Below, in pieces: positions 53,323 to 64,000 of a stretch of DNA of 64,000 nucleotides. Under the pieces are notes generated by a model that worked only from the letters and a program-made list of their open reading frames with translations, searched no databases and was not told where the DNA came from. The position numbers were made by a program, and so were the translations under genes. The first letter of the stretch is position 1. The number at the start of each line of letters is the position of its first letter. This stretch comes from an uncultured Gemmatimonadales bacterium (GTDB taxonomy: Bacteria; Gemmatimonadota; Gemmatimonadetes; Gemmatimonadales; Gemmatimonadaceae), in NCBI GenBank assembly GCA_963850905.1, contig CAWKMU010000003.1, positions 2,592,001 through 2,656,000 of the forward strand, written 5' to 3'.

Positions 53323-54037
53323 GTGACGCCGCTCGCGTATCAGCGCGTCCTCGTGAAGCTCTCCGGCGAAGCGCTCGCCGGCGAATCGCGGCTTCGGGTT
53401 CGACTTCGAGGTCATCGAGCGCTTTGCCGACGAGATCAAGGACGCTGTTGACATGGGGGCCGAGGTCGGTCTCGTCATCGGCGGCGGCAACATCGTGCGC
53501 GGGTCGCAGCTCGGGCAGAAGGGCATGGACCGCGTCACCGCGGACTACATGGGGATGCTGGGCACCGTCATCAACGCCCTCGCACTCCAGGACATCCTCG
53601 AGCGACGCAGGATGGATACGCGGGTCATGACCGCGATTCGCATGGAGGAGCTCGCGGAGCCGTACATCCGACGGCGCGCGCTCCGCCACTTCGAGAAGAA
53701 GCGCACCGTGATCTTTGCTGCGGGGACGGGCAATCCCTACTTTACGACGGATACGGCGGCCGTGCTCCGAGCCATTCAGATGAAGGCAGACGTCATCATC
53801 AAGGCGACGAGCGTGGATGGCATCTATTCGGCCGATCCGAAGAAAGACCCAGGGGCCACACGATACGAAGATTTGAGCTATCGGGATGTCATGCGCGACG
53901 AGCTTCGAGTGATGGATCAGACGGCGATCGCGTTGTGCAGGGAAAACGAATTGCCCTTGATCGTGCTCAATATTCACACGCCGCGCGCCGTCTCCCGTGC
54001 CATTCTGGGCGAGCGCATCGGTACGCTCGTGCGCTGA
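53323..54037 (+). CDS. pyrH: Uridylate kinase (+1 insertion near 53386)
   Basis: YQRVLVKLSGEAL, GGGNI.RG, DYMGML.T, GNPYFTTD. Confidence 0.95.
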
Positions 54038-54116
54038 CGCGACGACGCGCGCAGCGGTTGGCGCCGCGCTGGCGCGCCGGTCGGCAGCTCGCGACGACAC
54101 TACATCGGAGTGCTGC

Positions 54117-54687
54117 ATGAGTCCAGCCGTGACAGTGAACATCCCCCAGATCGTCAAGGAGTGTCGGACGGCGATGGAGAAGGCCCTCGAGGGCGCACGC
54201 CGTGAGCTGTCGTCCATCCGCTCCGGGAAGGCGTCACCCGCGATGCTCGACACCGTGCGCGTCGACGCGTACGGCCAATCCATGCCGCTCAACCAGGTCG
54301 CTTCGGTCGCCGCACCAGAGCCACGCCTCCTGATCGTCACGCCGTGGGACAAGGCCCAGTCCAAAGCGATCGAGAAAGCGATTCGCGAGTCCGATCTCGG
54401 CCTCGACCCCGCGGTGCAAGGCGGCGATCATTCGTGTGCCGCTCCCGTCGCTCAATGAGCAGCGGCGGAAAGATCTCGTGAAGGTCGTTCACAAGTTGGC
54501 CGAGGAAGGCCGCATCGCGATCCGCCATGCGCGGACGGACGCTCGTGATCGGCTGAAAAAGCTCGACAAGGTTTCCGAGGACGATGTCAAGCACGGCGAG
54601 AAGGAGCTACAGAAGCTCCACGACGACTTCATCGCCAAGGTCGACGACGCCCTCAAGCACAAAGAAGCCGAGATCATGGAAGTGTGA
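54117..54687 (+). CDS. frr: Ribosome recycling factor (+1 insertion near 54423-54426)
   Basis: [12 protein letters not shown]...PLNQVA, IRVP.P.L.E.RRK.LVK. Confidence 0.95.
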
Positions 54688-55450
54688 CGATGGACGCTGT
54701 GCCGGCTTCGGCCGAGGAGCTGCTGGACCGGATCCGGATCCAGGGCGGGCTGCCGCGTCACGTGGCGATCATCATGGATGGCAACGGTCGCTGGGCCCAG
54801 GAACGGCTCATGCCTCGCCCATACGGCCATCGCTCTGGCATGAAGGCCGTCCGTGAGGTCGTCGAGGGCGCGGTCGAATCAGGGCTGTCAGTGCTATCGC
54901 TGTTCGCGTTCTCCCAGGAAAACTGGCAGCGCCCGCGCATCGAGATCCGTGCGCTGATGTCGCTGCTCGAGGAGTACATCGCCCGCGAAGTCGAACGAGC
55001 TGCGCGATCGCGGTGTGCAGGTCCGTGTGCTCGGCGAATTGGATCGCCTGACGCCTGCGGCGGCGAGTGCCGTCGAGCGCGTGGTTGCGGAGACAGAGCA
55101 CAACGAGCGCCTCCGGTTGAACCTGTTCATCTCCGTACGGCGGCCGCGCTGAGCTCGTACGAGCTGCGCGGTTGCTCGCAACTGAGGTCCAGAGTGGCGC
55201 ACTCGCGCCGGACCAGATCTCCGAAGCCGAGTTTCAGGGCAAGCTCTACACGGCCGACTGTCCGGATCCCGATCTGCTCATCCGAACGTCCGGCGAGCAG
55301 CGCATCTCGAACTTCCTGCTCTGGCAGATGGCCTACACGGAGTTGTTCATTTCGCCCGTGTTGTGGCCGGACTTCGGGCGCCGCGAGCTTTTCGAGGCGA
55401 TCATCGACTACCAAAACCGAGAGCGCCGCTTCGGCCGCGTCCTCGCCTAG
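54684..55450 (+). CDS. uppS: Undecaprenyl diphosphate synthase (+1 insertions near 54994 and 55133)
   Basis: [40 protein letters not shown]. Confidence 0.95.
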
Positions 55451-55469
55451 ACCACACACTACGCCTTCG

Positions 55470-56450
55470 ATGGGCTGGGCAAGTAGCGCGGGGCCGAACG
55501 ACAATCCGTCGGGGCATCCGACGCCCGCGACCGACCCACGCGACGAGCCGAGCCCGCCCCCGACACCCGCGAAAGGCGCTCGGACGCCGGTCTCCGAGTT
55601 GACACAGCGGGTGCTATTCGGTGCACTGGCGGCGCCGGTGACCGTCGCCTTGATCTGGATCGGCGGCGTACCGATGGCGCTGCTCCTGAGCGCCGCGGCG
55701 GGCGTTGCGGCGTGGGAGCTGTTCCGGATGGCGCGCACGACAGGCGCAGACCCGCTCGCAGGCCTCGGGATCGCTGCCGCGGCACTACTCCCCCTCTATC
55801 TGGTCACCGAACCCCGCGGCGTCTTCGAGTTCCCGCCAGCACTCCTCGCCGGCGTCATCGTGGTCGTGCTGTCGGCGGCGATCTGGCTGCGCGGCGCCGC
55901 CGGACGACCGCTCTCGTCCGTCGCGACGACGATATTCGGCATCGGATACACGGGTGGACTGCTCAGTTTCGCCCAGGGAATCCGCTACCACCGATACGTC
56001 GTCACTGAGATGGCGGGCGCCGCGCTGCTGCTCCTGCCCGTGCTGCTGACCTGGGCCAATGATATCGGTGCCTTTTTCTCAGGCAGGCTGCTCGGGCGTC
56101 GCAAGCTCATCCCGACCGTCAGCCCGGGGAAAACGGTCGCCGGCGCGATCGGCGGGCTCGTTGCCTGCCTGATACTGTGCTGGGTATATGTACAATTCGT
56201 CTTGCGGCCGTTTGCCCAGCTCAGCCTCAGCCCGCGCAACCTCGTGGCATTCGCGGTCGTCGTCAGCGCAGCGGGGCAACTCGGGGATCTTGCGGAGTCT
56301 CTACTCAAGCGGGAGGCGGGCGTGAAGAACAGCTCGGGGATTTTCCCCGGCCACGGCGGCGTACTCGATCGCATAGATAGCCTCCTGTTCGTGCTGCCAG
56401 TGGCGTGGGCGCTCTTCAGCGTTCCCGGCCTCCTGCTCCCCGTGCCGTGA
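55470..56450 (+). CDS. cdsA: Phosphatidate cytidylyltransferase
   Basis: D..AFF.G..G.RKL.P.VSPGKT, GDL.ES.LKR.AGVK.S...PGHGG.LDR.DS. Confidence 0.95.
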   Translation: MGWASSAGPNDNPSGHPTPATDPRDEPSPPPTPAKGARTPVSELTQRVLFGALAAPVTVALIWIGGVPMALLLSAAAGVAAWELFRMARTTGADPLAGLGIAAAALLPLYLVTEPRGVFEFPPALLAGVIVVVLSAAIWLRGAAGRPLSSVATTIFGIGYTGGLLSFAQGIRYHRYVVTEMAGAALLLLPVLLTWANDIGAFFSGRLLGRRKLIPTVSPGKTVAGAIGGLVACLILCWVYVQFVLRPFAQLSLSPRNLVAFAVVVSAAGQLGDLAESLLKREAGVKNSSGIFPGHGGVLDRIDSLLFVLPVAWALFSVPGLLLPVP

Positions 56451-57649
56451 GCGGCCGACCACGTCGGGCCGGCCGCGACATACCGCGGTCCACGCCTCGA
56501 GGAGTTGCCGTACTCGGATCGACCGGGTCGATCGGGACAACGGCCCTCCGCGTACTGGATCGTCAGCGAGGGGCATTCAAGGTCGAAGCCCTCACGGCAT
56601 ACGAGAACGCGACGCTCCTGGAAGAGCAGGCGCGACGATTCGTCCCTCCCTACGTCGGCCTCGTCCACGATGGGCGCCCGCATCCGGCCGAGTGGCAGAC
56701 GGGGCCCGATTGCCTGGTTGGCGCGGCCACTTTGGCGTGCGTCGACATCGTCCTCAACGCCGTCGTCGGAGCCGCGGGTCTCGATGCGACGCTCGCTGGG
56801 TTGCGAGCGGGCAAGCGGGTCGCGCTGGCCAACAAGGAGACGCTCGTTGTCGCTGGTGAGCTGGTCGCCGCGGCCGCCGCGGAGGGCAAGGGCGAGGTCG
56901 TGCCCGTGGATAGCGAGCATTCGGCAATTCTGCAGTGCGTCGGTCATCGGCCAAGGGCGGAGATCCGGCGACTTTTGCTCACGGCGTCCGGCGGACCTTT
57001 CCGAGGGTGGACGCGCGAGCGACTAGAGCAGGCAACCGTGGCGGACGCTTTGCGGCATCCAACATGGCGTATGGGTCGCAAGATCACCGTCGATAGCGCC
57101 ACGCTGGCCAACAAGGCACTGGAGGTCATCGAGGCCCACTTTCTCTTCGGGGTGCCCTATGACCGGATCGAGGTGGTCGTGCACCCCCAGAGTGTGGTCC
57201 ACTCGTTTGTCGAGTTTATCGATGGCAGCGTGCTCGCCCAGGTTGGCATGCCGAGCATGGAGCTGCCGGTGCTGTACGCGCTCACGCACCCTGAACGCCT
57301 GGCAGACGAAGGGGTAGCACCCTTCGATCCGGTCGCCGCGTCACCGCTCACGTTCGAGCGTGTGCGCGCAGATGACTTTCCTGCATTGGCGTTGGGGTTG
57401 GCGGCCGGTCGCGCGGGCGGTGCGGCGCCAGCCGTATTCAATGCCGCCAATGAACAGGCAGTTGCGTTGTTTCTGGAGGGACGGATGGGTTTTGCAGCGA
57501 TCGCGCCAGCGATCGAAGAGGCGCTGACCGCACTCGCGGGTGCCGCGGCACACGACCGGACAGCCTTGCTCGCTGCCGACGCAGCGGCGCGCGCACATGT
57601 GCGTGAGAGCGTCGGGATCCCGGCGGTAAGTCACGCGCAGGAAAGCTGA
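56447..57649 (+). CDS. dxr: 1-deoxy-D-xylulose 5-phosphate reductoisomerase
   Basis: LGSTGSIG, LANKE, PVDSEHSA, HP.W.MG.KITVDSA, NAANE. Confidence 0.97.
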   Translation: MSGRPRRAGRDIPRSTPRGVAVLGSTGSIGTTALRVLDRQRGAFKVEALTAYENATLLEEQARRFVPPYVGLVHDGRPHPAEWQTGPDCLVGAATLACVDIVLNAVVGAAGLDATLAGLRAGKRVALANKETLVVAGELVAAAAAEGKGEVVPVDSEHSAILQCVGHRPRAEIRRLLLTASGGPFRGWTRERLEQATVADALRHPTWRMGRKITVDSATLANKALEVIEAHFLFGVPYDRIEVVVHPQSVVHSFVEFIDGSVLAQVGMPSMELPVLYALTHPERLADEGVAPFDPVAASPLTFERVRADDFPALALGLAAGRAGGAAPAVFNAANEQAVALFLEGRMGFAAIAPAIEEALTALAGAAAHDRTALLAADAAARAHVRESVGIPAVSHAQES

Positions 57650-57653
57650 GGCG

Positions 57654-58818
57654 ATGGGCAGCTTCCTTCCGTATCTCGCGCCGGTGCTGGTCTTTGGTCT
57701 CGTGGTATTCGTCCACGAGTTTGGGCACTTTCTCGCCGCGAAGCTGCTGGGCGTGTACGCACCGCGCTTCTCGATTGGATTTGGGCCGGCCTTATGGGCG
57801 CGTCGCTGGGGCGAGACCGAGTACCGACTCGCCGCGCTGCCATTCGGTGGCTATGTGCGCATGGCATCGCGCGAAGATGAACCGAGCGCAATGCTCGAGG
57901 GCGGGCCCGAAGAGGCGCCCGCTGACGGCGGCGACCCGAATGCGATGATGCCGTTCGGGCCCAAGCCAGTGCCCCCGGATCGATGGTTCGAATCGAAGTC
58001 GCTGCCCGCTCGGCTCGCGATTATGCTCGCTGGCGTCTTTATGAACGTCGTCCTGACGTTCGTCATCATTCTCGGTCTTGCCCTGTACTACGGCGAGCCG
58101 ACCGCGTCGACTGCGCCAGTCATCGAGCGAGTCGTTCCGGGGATGCCAGCGGCCGGCGCCGGCCTGGTCAGCGGCGACAGCATCAGCGCCATCGGCACAA
58201 TCCCCATCCACAGCTGGGACGAACTGGTGCAGCACGTTTCTGCCGCTGCGGGTCAACCGCTCAGGTTTGCCGTCTGGACGCACGGCACCGAGCGGACTGT
58301 GACGATCACGCCGCAAGCGACCCCCGACACCAATCCCGCGACCGGAGCCGTCCGCACCGTCGGCAAGATCGGCGCGGCCCGGCGGCTGGAGCGGCACCCG
58401 ATGGGATTCGACCATGCACTCGGCAACGCGTGGCGCGGGACGTGGCGATCTGCCGGTCTGGTCGTGCTGACGATTCGCGAGCTCGCGACCAAGTCGTCTG
58501 CGTGGCACAGCCTCTCGGGCCCCGTCGGCATCTCGGAAGTATTCGGTTGACACCGCTCGGAGTGGCTTCGCCGACCTGCTGTCCTTAATCGCAATTCTGA
58601 GCATCAATGTCGCGCTGTTCAACCTGCTCCCGATACCGATTCTCGACGGCGGTCAGGTGGTCGTCAACGTGGCGGAAGCAATCAAGGGCAGGCCGTTCAG
58701 CGCGCAGACTCGCGAGGCGATTCTTCGCATCGGGTTGATCACCATCGCAGCGTTGTTCTTGTTGGTGATGTACAACGATCGGTGCCAACTGATCAGCGCG
58801 CTCTGCTCAGCCCGCTGA
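57654..58818 (+). CDS. rseP: RIP metalloprotease RseP (+1 insertion near 58542)
   Basis: HEFGH, PDZ domain, NLLPIPILDGG in shifted frame. Confidence 0.94.
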
Positions 58819-59282
58819 GGCACCGGCTCCCGGTTGGTGCGCTCCGCGCACCGATCGGCCGAGCGTTTCTCGAACGGGCTCCGAGACGTACCAGGAGCTA
58901 CTGCGTCGGGATCGCCCTCACGGCCTGCGCACTCGCGAGTCCGTCGCGCCTGCGCGCGCAGACGGCCTACGTCCGCTTTGACATCATCTCGATCGACGAC
59001 TCGACCTTCACGTTCGCGACAACCGGTTCGTCGTGGGTCAAGTCGTCACGGACCGGAATCGTCGTCGATCCGCTGCACGGCGATGAGCTCATCGCAAAGT
59101 TCCGCGTGTCCAAAGCGCACAAGGGAACCGCCACCGGGATCGTGACCGGCCAAACCGCTCGCCTCTCCGGCACCGACGTCGCGCTCCTGACTCAGCCACA
59201 CCCACTCTTCCTGACGCGCCCGTGGTTCTGGATTGGCGTGGCCGCGGGGGCCGTGATCGGGTTTGTGGCGCATGGGCACTAA
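58782..59282 (+). CDS. Hypothetical exported protein with C-terminal TM (start uncertain)
   Basis: Signal-like segment ..LRAQ, C-terminal PWFWIGVAAGAVIGF. Confidence 0.65.
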   Translation: MPTDQRALLSPLRHRLPVGALRAPIGRAFLERAPRRTRSYCVGIALTACALASPSRLRAQTAYVRFDIISIDDSTFTFATTGSSWVKSSRTGIVVDPLHGDELIAKFRVSKAHKGTATGIVTGQTARLSGTDVALLTQPHPLFLTRPWFWIGVAAGAVIGFVAHGH

Positions 59283-59404
59283 CGACGGGGTCAGGGGTCA
59301 GGGGTCAGGGAACAACCGAAAGGCCAGTAGGAGCAACGCCTACTGGCCTTTCGAGTTCGTCGTGGTTCCCTGACCCCTGACCCCTGATCCCTGACCCCGC
59401 CGTT
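59281..59404. terminator. Long GGGGTCA heptamer-repeat hairpin between convergent genes
   Basis: (GGGGTCA)3GGGAAC..GTTCCC(TGACCCC)n outer stem; inner GAAAGGCCAGTAGG/CCTACTGGCCTTTC. Confidence 0.75.
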
Positions 59405-59425
59405 CAGTCTCCACACCAAATGACC

Positions 59426-60982
59426 TCACTCGCCACACACTAGCCTCACCTTCAGCGGCGGCGCCGCGTGGTTCAGCGCGATGTGCACGGTGTCGCGATA
59501 GGACGCGCAGTAACGGGCCGAGATGACGACTGCGTAGGTGCCAACAGGGAGCGTGACCGGGGCGCTGAGAGGCGTGCGGCCACGAATGACGCGACCGTCG
59601 TCGAGTGCTTGGAACGTGTACAGCGTGGCCGCGGGTCGCGTGTCGAGATGGACTGTTCCGAAGCCGCGGTCCTTATCGGGTGGCGGTGTCGTCTCTGGCG
59701 CGCCGTCAGTCGTCGGTTGGCCGGGCGTGTTCACAGCGGTACTGTTCGCGGCCGCCAGTGGGTGCGCGAGATGATGAACCGACAGTGAGCCGCCCGCCGC
59801 GTCCGATGGCCGCGCGCCCACGGGTCCCACCGTCCCGTGGCTGGCGTCCGCCGATCGTGTATCGCCCGATGCAGGCGTCGTGACGGTCGTATCAAGAACG
59901 CTGCCCGATCCCCCCACACCGACGCTGCCATGAGCCTGTGGTGGCGCGGACGCCGGCGTGCGGTGCCAACCGAACCATCCGCGCTTCGCGGCCAGTGGCG
60001 TACCGACCAGCAGCACGAGCGCAAGGGTCGCGAGCGTGCCGCCCAGCACCCGGCGTCGCCACCGGGGACGGCGGACCGTCGGCATGACGATGGGGGCCGT
60101 GGGCGTTTCGGAGGATCCCGGCGCCGAGGCGCTCCGCATCGCGATCGTGTCACTGCGCTCGAGGCTGAGCGCGCCGAGCGCTTGACAGAGCGCCTCACCG
60201 GTCTGATACCGCCCCGCCGGGTCCTTCTCGAGACAGCGCAGAATGACGCGCTCGACGTCACGCGAGAGCTGCGGATTGTGGACGCGCGGCCGGACGGGTC
60301 GATCCTCGACATGCTGGCGAGCGATCTCGTACCAGTCCTCGCCGGTGAAGGGCAGGACTCCGGCAGCGGATCGATAGAGCGTGACGCCCAGCGAATAAAT
60401 GTCGGCCCGGCCATCCAATGGCTGCCCGCGCGCTTGCTCCGGGGAGAAGTACTGCGGCGTGCCGACCACCATGTTCGTGCCCGTTTGCTGCACGTAGTTC
60501 GATACGGCACGCGCGATCCCGAAGTCCGCGACGATAGCGTTGCCGTGTTCATCGAACAGGATGTTGTCGACTTTGATGTCGCGGTGGACGACGCCCTCCC
60601 GGTGTGCGAAGCCCAGCGCGCTGGCGACGTCGATCCCCATCCGGATGAGCATTGCCTCGGGCAGTTTGCTCATCACCTCGAGCCGGTCGGGCAGTCCCTG
60701 GGGGAGGAAGTCCATGGCGAAGTACACGGCCTCGCCGTCCTTGCCCACCGCGAAGATCTTGATGATGTTCGGGTGCCTGAGCCGGGCGGCCGTCGCAGCT
60801 TCGCGTCGGAAGCGCTGCTCGAACTGCTCATCGCCCGCGTACTGGGGTTTGAGCACCTTGAGCGCCACCGGGATCTCGAGCTCGGGGTCAAACGCTTTGT
60901 AGACCCACGCGAAGCCACCCGTGCCGACGACCGCGTCGATCCGGAATTTGCCCAGCGTCCGTCCCAGGAACCGTTCGGGCAC
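59426..60982 (-). CDS. Membrane Ser/Thr protein kinase with C-terminal PEGA-like domain
   Basis: GTGGF, VALK, HRDIK.DN, DFG, GTPQYFSPEQ, TM helix, GRTPL..LPVGTY. Confidence 0.92.
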   Translation of the reverse strand: MPERFLGRTLGKFRIDAVVGTGGFAWVYKAFDPELEIPVALKVLKPQYAGDEQFEQRFRREAATAARLRHPNIIKIFAVGKDGEAVYFAMDFLPQGLPDRLEVMSKLPEAMLIRMGIDVASALGFAHREGVVHRDIKVDNILFDEHGNAIVADFGIARAVSNYVQQTGTNMVVGTPQYFSPEQARGQPLDGRADIYSLGVTLYRSAAGVLPFTGEDWYEIARQHVEDRPVRPRVHNPQLSRDVERVILRCLEKDPAGRYQTGEALCQALGALSLERSDTIAMRSASAPGSSETPTAPIVMPTVRRPRWRRRVLGGTLATLALVLLVGTPLAAKRGWFGWHRTPASAPPQAHGSVGVGGSGSVLDTTVTTPASGDTRSADASHGTVGPVGARPSDAAGGSLSVHHLAHPLAAANSTAVNTPGQPTTDGAPETTPPPDKDRGFGTVHLDTRPAATLYTFQALDDGRVIRGRTPLSAPVTLPVGTYAVVISARYCASYRDTVHIALNHAAPPLKVRLVCGE

Positions 60983-61069
60983 GGTCAGGGCCCTGCAGCA
61001 GTCGGTCTGGCAGGCACGACCTGGGGGTCGCGAGGGCGGGAGGCGGGGCCGAAGTGCGTCGCGGGATCC

Positions 61070-61098
61070 TTTACAGCGGTCGGCAAGTCCAGTAAACT
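61070..61098 (+). promoter_or_regulatory. Sigma70-type promoter for rpsO
   Basis: TTTACA-N17-TAAACT. Confidence 0.65.
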
Positions 61099-61155
61099 AC
61101 AAGGCTTAATAGACTTTGGCGAATCGCGCGCGGCCGCGCGCGGGGAATATATCAC

Positions 61156-61416
61156 ATGGCATTTGAAAAAGCACCGACGATCCAGCAGTACCGTATCCAT
61201 GAGACAGATACCGGGTCGTCCCGTGTACAGGTGGCGGTTCTCACCGCCCGTATCAACTATCTCACCGACCACTTTCGGGGCCATCCCAAGGACCATCACG
61301 GGCGCCGCGGATTGCTCAAGATGGTGGGTCAACGCCGCCGGCTGCTCAACTATTTGAAGCGGACCGACGTCGACGGTTACCGATCGCTCATCGATACACT
61401 CGGGCTTCGGTATTAG
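61156..61416 (+). CDS. rpsO: 30S ribosomal protein S15
   Basis: DTGS..VQVA.LT.RI..LT.H...[21 protein letters not shown]. Confidence 0.98.
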   Translation: MAFEKAPTIQQYRIHETDTGSSRVQVAVLTARINYLTDHFRGHPKDHHGRRGLLKMVGQRRRLLNYLKRTDVDGYRSLIDTLGLRY

Positions 61417-61566
61417 TGCGTGCGAAGCATCGAGGCGACGGGTGTCGCCTGCCGTGGTGCTTCCTCGACGGTTTTGCGGCCACGGGCCGGTCCAGTAGAG
61501 CAACGGCACGATGTCATGGCGACGGCGTGAGCGGATTGAGCGGATTGGGCACTTCAGTTTAGGCAC

Positions 61567-61617
61567 GGGCGTCACCAAAGGCCGCCAGCGGCCGCGCGTG
61601 ACGCCCCTTCTTTTTTT
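61567..61617 (+). terminator. Intrinsic terminator-like hairpin just before pnp
   Basis: GGGCGTCAC..GTGACGCCC stem followed by CTTCTTTTTTT. Confidence 0.65.
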
Positions 61618-61626
61618 CGGACATCC

Positions 61627-63856
61627 ATGCAACGAGTAGAGCGTACGTTTGCCGGGCGGCGTCTCGTGATCGAGACGGGCCGCATGGCCAAGCAGGCCGC
61701 AGGGTCGGCCCTTGTCACCTTCGGCGAGACCATGGTGCTCGCCGCCGTTTCTGTCAGCGATAGTGTGAGCACGTTGCCGTTTTTCCCGCTCACGGTTGAG
61801 TACAAGGAGCGCACCTACGCTGCCGGGAAGATCCCCGGAGGGTTTATCAAGCGCGAGGGGCGGCCGCAGGACGCGGAGATCCTCTCCGCCCGCATCATCG
61901 ACCGATCCATCCGCCCGCTCTTTCCGGAAGGGTTCAAGAACGAGGTCCAGGTTTTCATCTACGTGATCTCGGCTGACCAACAGAACGACGCAGATGTGCT
62001 CGCTCTGCTCGCGACGTCGGTCGCCATCAACGCCTCGAGGATCCCGTTTTCCGGCCCGATTGCCGGCGTGCGCGTTGGTCGGGTGCAGGATAAGTGGGTG
62101 CTCAACCCGACGTTCCAGCAACTCGAGTACACGGACCTGGATCTCGTCATCGCCGGCAGCAAGGATTCGATCGTGATGGTGGAAGGCGGTGCGCTGGAGG
62201 TGTCCGAGGCGGACGTCGTCGACGCACTGCAGATCGGCCACAGCGGCATCCGCGAGCTCGTCGCGGCGCAGGAAGAGCTGCTCCGGCAGATGCCGCGAGC
62301 ACAGAAGATGTCGTGGACCCGCCCCGAGCTGCCCCCCGGACTCGAGGCTCGCGTCAGCGACCTGGCACGCGGCCGGATCAGCGACGCCATCAACCTGACC
62401 GACAAGCACGGCCGGATCGACGCCGTGGCGCAGGTCAAGAAGGAGCTCGGCGAGCTGCTGCTCGCAGAGTTCCCGGACAATCCCCGCGACATCATCACGA
62501 TCGTCGGCGACGCCGAGTATCACGCGTTGCGGTCGCAGGTGCTGAGCAGCGGCCACCGAGTCGACGGCCGCACCGCACGCGAGGTGAGACCGATCTCCAT
62601 CGACATTGGGCTGCTGCCGCGTGCACACGGGTCGGCGCCTGTTCACGCGTGGTCAGACGCAGGCACTGGTTGCGGTGACGCTCGGTACGGCCAACGATGT
62701 GCAGCGCCTCGACACCATCGACGAAGCTGGCGAGACGACGAAGTCGTTCATGTTACACTACAATTTCCCGCCGTTCTCGACCGGAGAGGTCCGACCCGTC
62801 CGCGGCACGAGCCGTCGGGAGATCGGTCACGGTCATCTCGCCGAGCGGGCGTTGCAAGGGGTATTGCCCGACTTCGATGAATTCCCGTACACGATCCGCG
62901 TCGTATCCGATGTCCTCGAGTCCAACGGCTCCTCCTCGATGGCCTCCGTATGCGGCGGATCGCTGGCGCTGTTTGACGCCGGTGTCCCCGTGCGGAGCGC
63001 GGTTGCGGGCGTCGCGATGGGACTCATCAAGGAAGGCAACAAGTACGCGATCCTGACCGATATCCTCGGGACCGAGGACCACCTGGGCGACATGGACTTC
63101 AAGGTGGCAGGGACCGAGCGAGGCATCACGTCGATCCAGATGGACATCAAGGTCGAAGGCCTCGATGTCTCGATCATGGAGGAGGCACTCGCCCAGGCGC
63201 GAGAGGGTCGGCTCCACATCCTGCAGGCAATGAGTGAGGCGCTGGCCGAGCCCCGCAAGGACCTGTCACCGTACGCCCCGCGCATCGTGACCATGAACAT
63301 CAGCCCCGAGAAGATCGGCGACCTGATCGGTCCGAAGGGCAAGACGATCCGCGGGATCCAGGACGAAACCGGAGCCGAGATCACGGTCGACGATAGCGGC
63401 TTGGTGACGATCGCTGCGGTCGGTGGCGAGGCGATGGAGCGCGCGAAACAGATGGTCCAGGCGCTCACGGCGGAGCCGGTCGTCGGCGAGACGTACGAGG
63501 GGACGGTCAAGAGCACCACGCCCTTCGGAGCGTTCATCGAGATCATGCCAGGCACCGAAGCGCTCCTCCACATCTCGGAGATGCGGTGGGGTCGCACCGA
63601 CAAGACGGAGGACGTCGTCAAGCGGGGCGATCGCGTCCGCGTGAAGCTGATCGATCGCGATGAGCGCGGGCGCCTGCGGCTCTCAATGAAGGCGCTACAG
63701 CCGAAGCCTGAAGGCGTCGACGAGGGGAATGGCAATCGGCCGCCCGCGGAGCGGTCGAGCGGTGGTGAGCGAGACGATGCCGGTCGGGGCGACGATCGTC
63801 CGCGTCGAGGCGGCCGAGCCGGTTCGGCACGCTCATCGTCCCGCCGCCGCGAGTGA
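61627..63856 (+). CDS. pnp: Polyribonucleotide nucleotidyltransferase (+1 insertion near 62638)
   Basis: [45 protein letters not shown] and S1 domains. Confidence 0.97.
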
Positions 63857-64000
63857 GCGACGGGCAAAGCGGCCGGCGCTCCCCAGCCCGGCACATCATT
63901 GCGACGGCAGGTTCCGTGGTGTCGAGTACCGCCGCCGATTCGGCGCTGCGATCCACCACGCTTCCCAACGGTCTGATCGTCGTCTCGGAGTTCATGCCGG
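63853..64000 (+). CDS. M16 (pitrilysin-like) peptidase, N-terminus only
   Basis: [15 protein letters not shown]; common pnp-M16 synteny. Confidence 0.75.
   Translation, partial: MSDGQSGRRSPARHIIATAGSVVSSTAADSALRSTTLPNGLIVVSEFMP

Noticed and set aside
54684..56450. 588-aa UppS-CdsA fusion ORF
   Set aside because: Produced by two +1 insertions in uppS; the corrected uppS stops at 55450

Overview
High-GC bacterial chromosome segment, most likely Gemmatimonadota (inferred from S1/S2 terminal extensions, ADOP permease + PadR and gene context). About 1-41 kb is an accessory region following a tRNA-Leu(TAA). It is rich in exported proteins and holds a periplasmic redox/lyase cluster: Tat FAD oxidoreductase, two cytochromes c, PQQ dehydrogenase, HupE/UreJ-like protein, three PAL-like NHL propellers, S10 peptidase and a cupredoxin. 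It also has three scattered signal-peptide proteins resembling contractile-tail/T6SS parts (spike-PAAR, Hcp), an orphan HicA-like gene, GTAG REPs and heptamer-repeat hairpins. About 41-64 kb is core genome: aroA-cmk-rpsA, acyl-CoA carboxylase, rplM-rpsI, rpsB-tsf-pyrH-frr-uppS-cdsA-dxr-rseP, a Ser/Thr kinase, rpsO-pnp and an M16 peptidase. Ten genes, several essential, are broken by single-base insertions, almost certainly sequencing/assembly errors. No integrase, CRISPR array or rRNA was seen. All family calls come from motif recognition by eye, not database searches.
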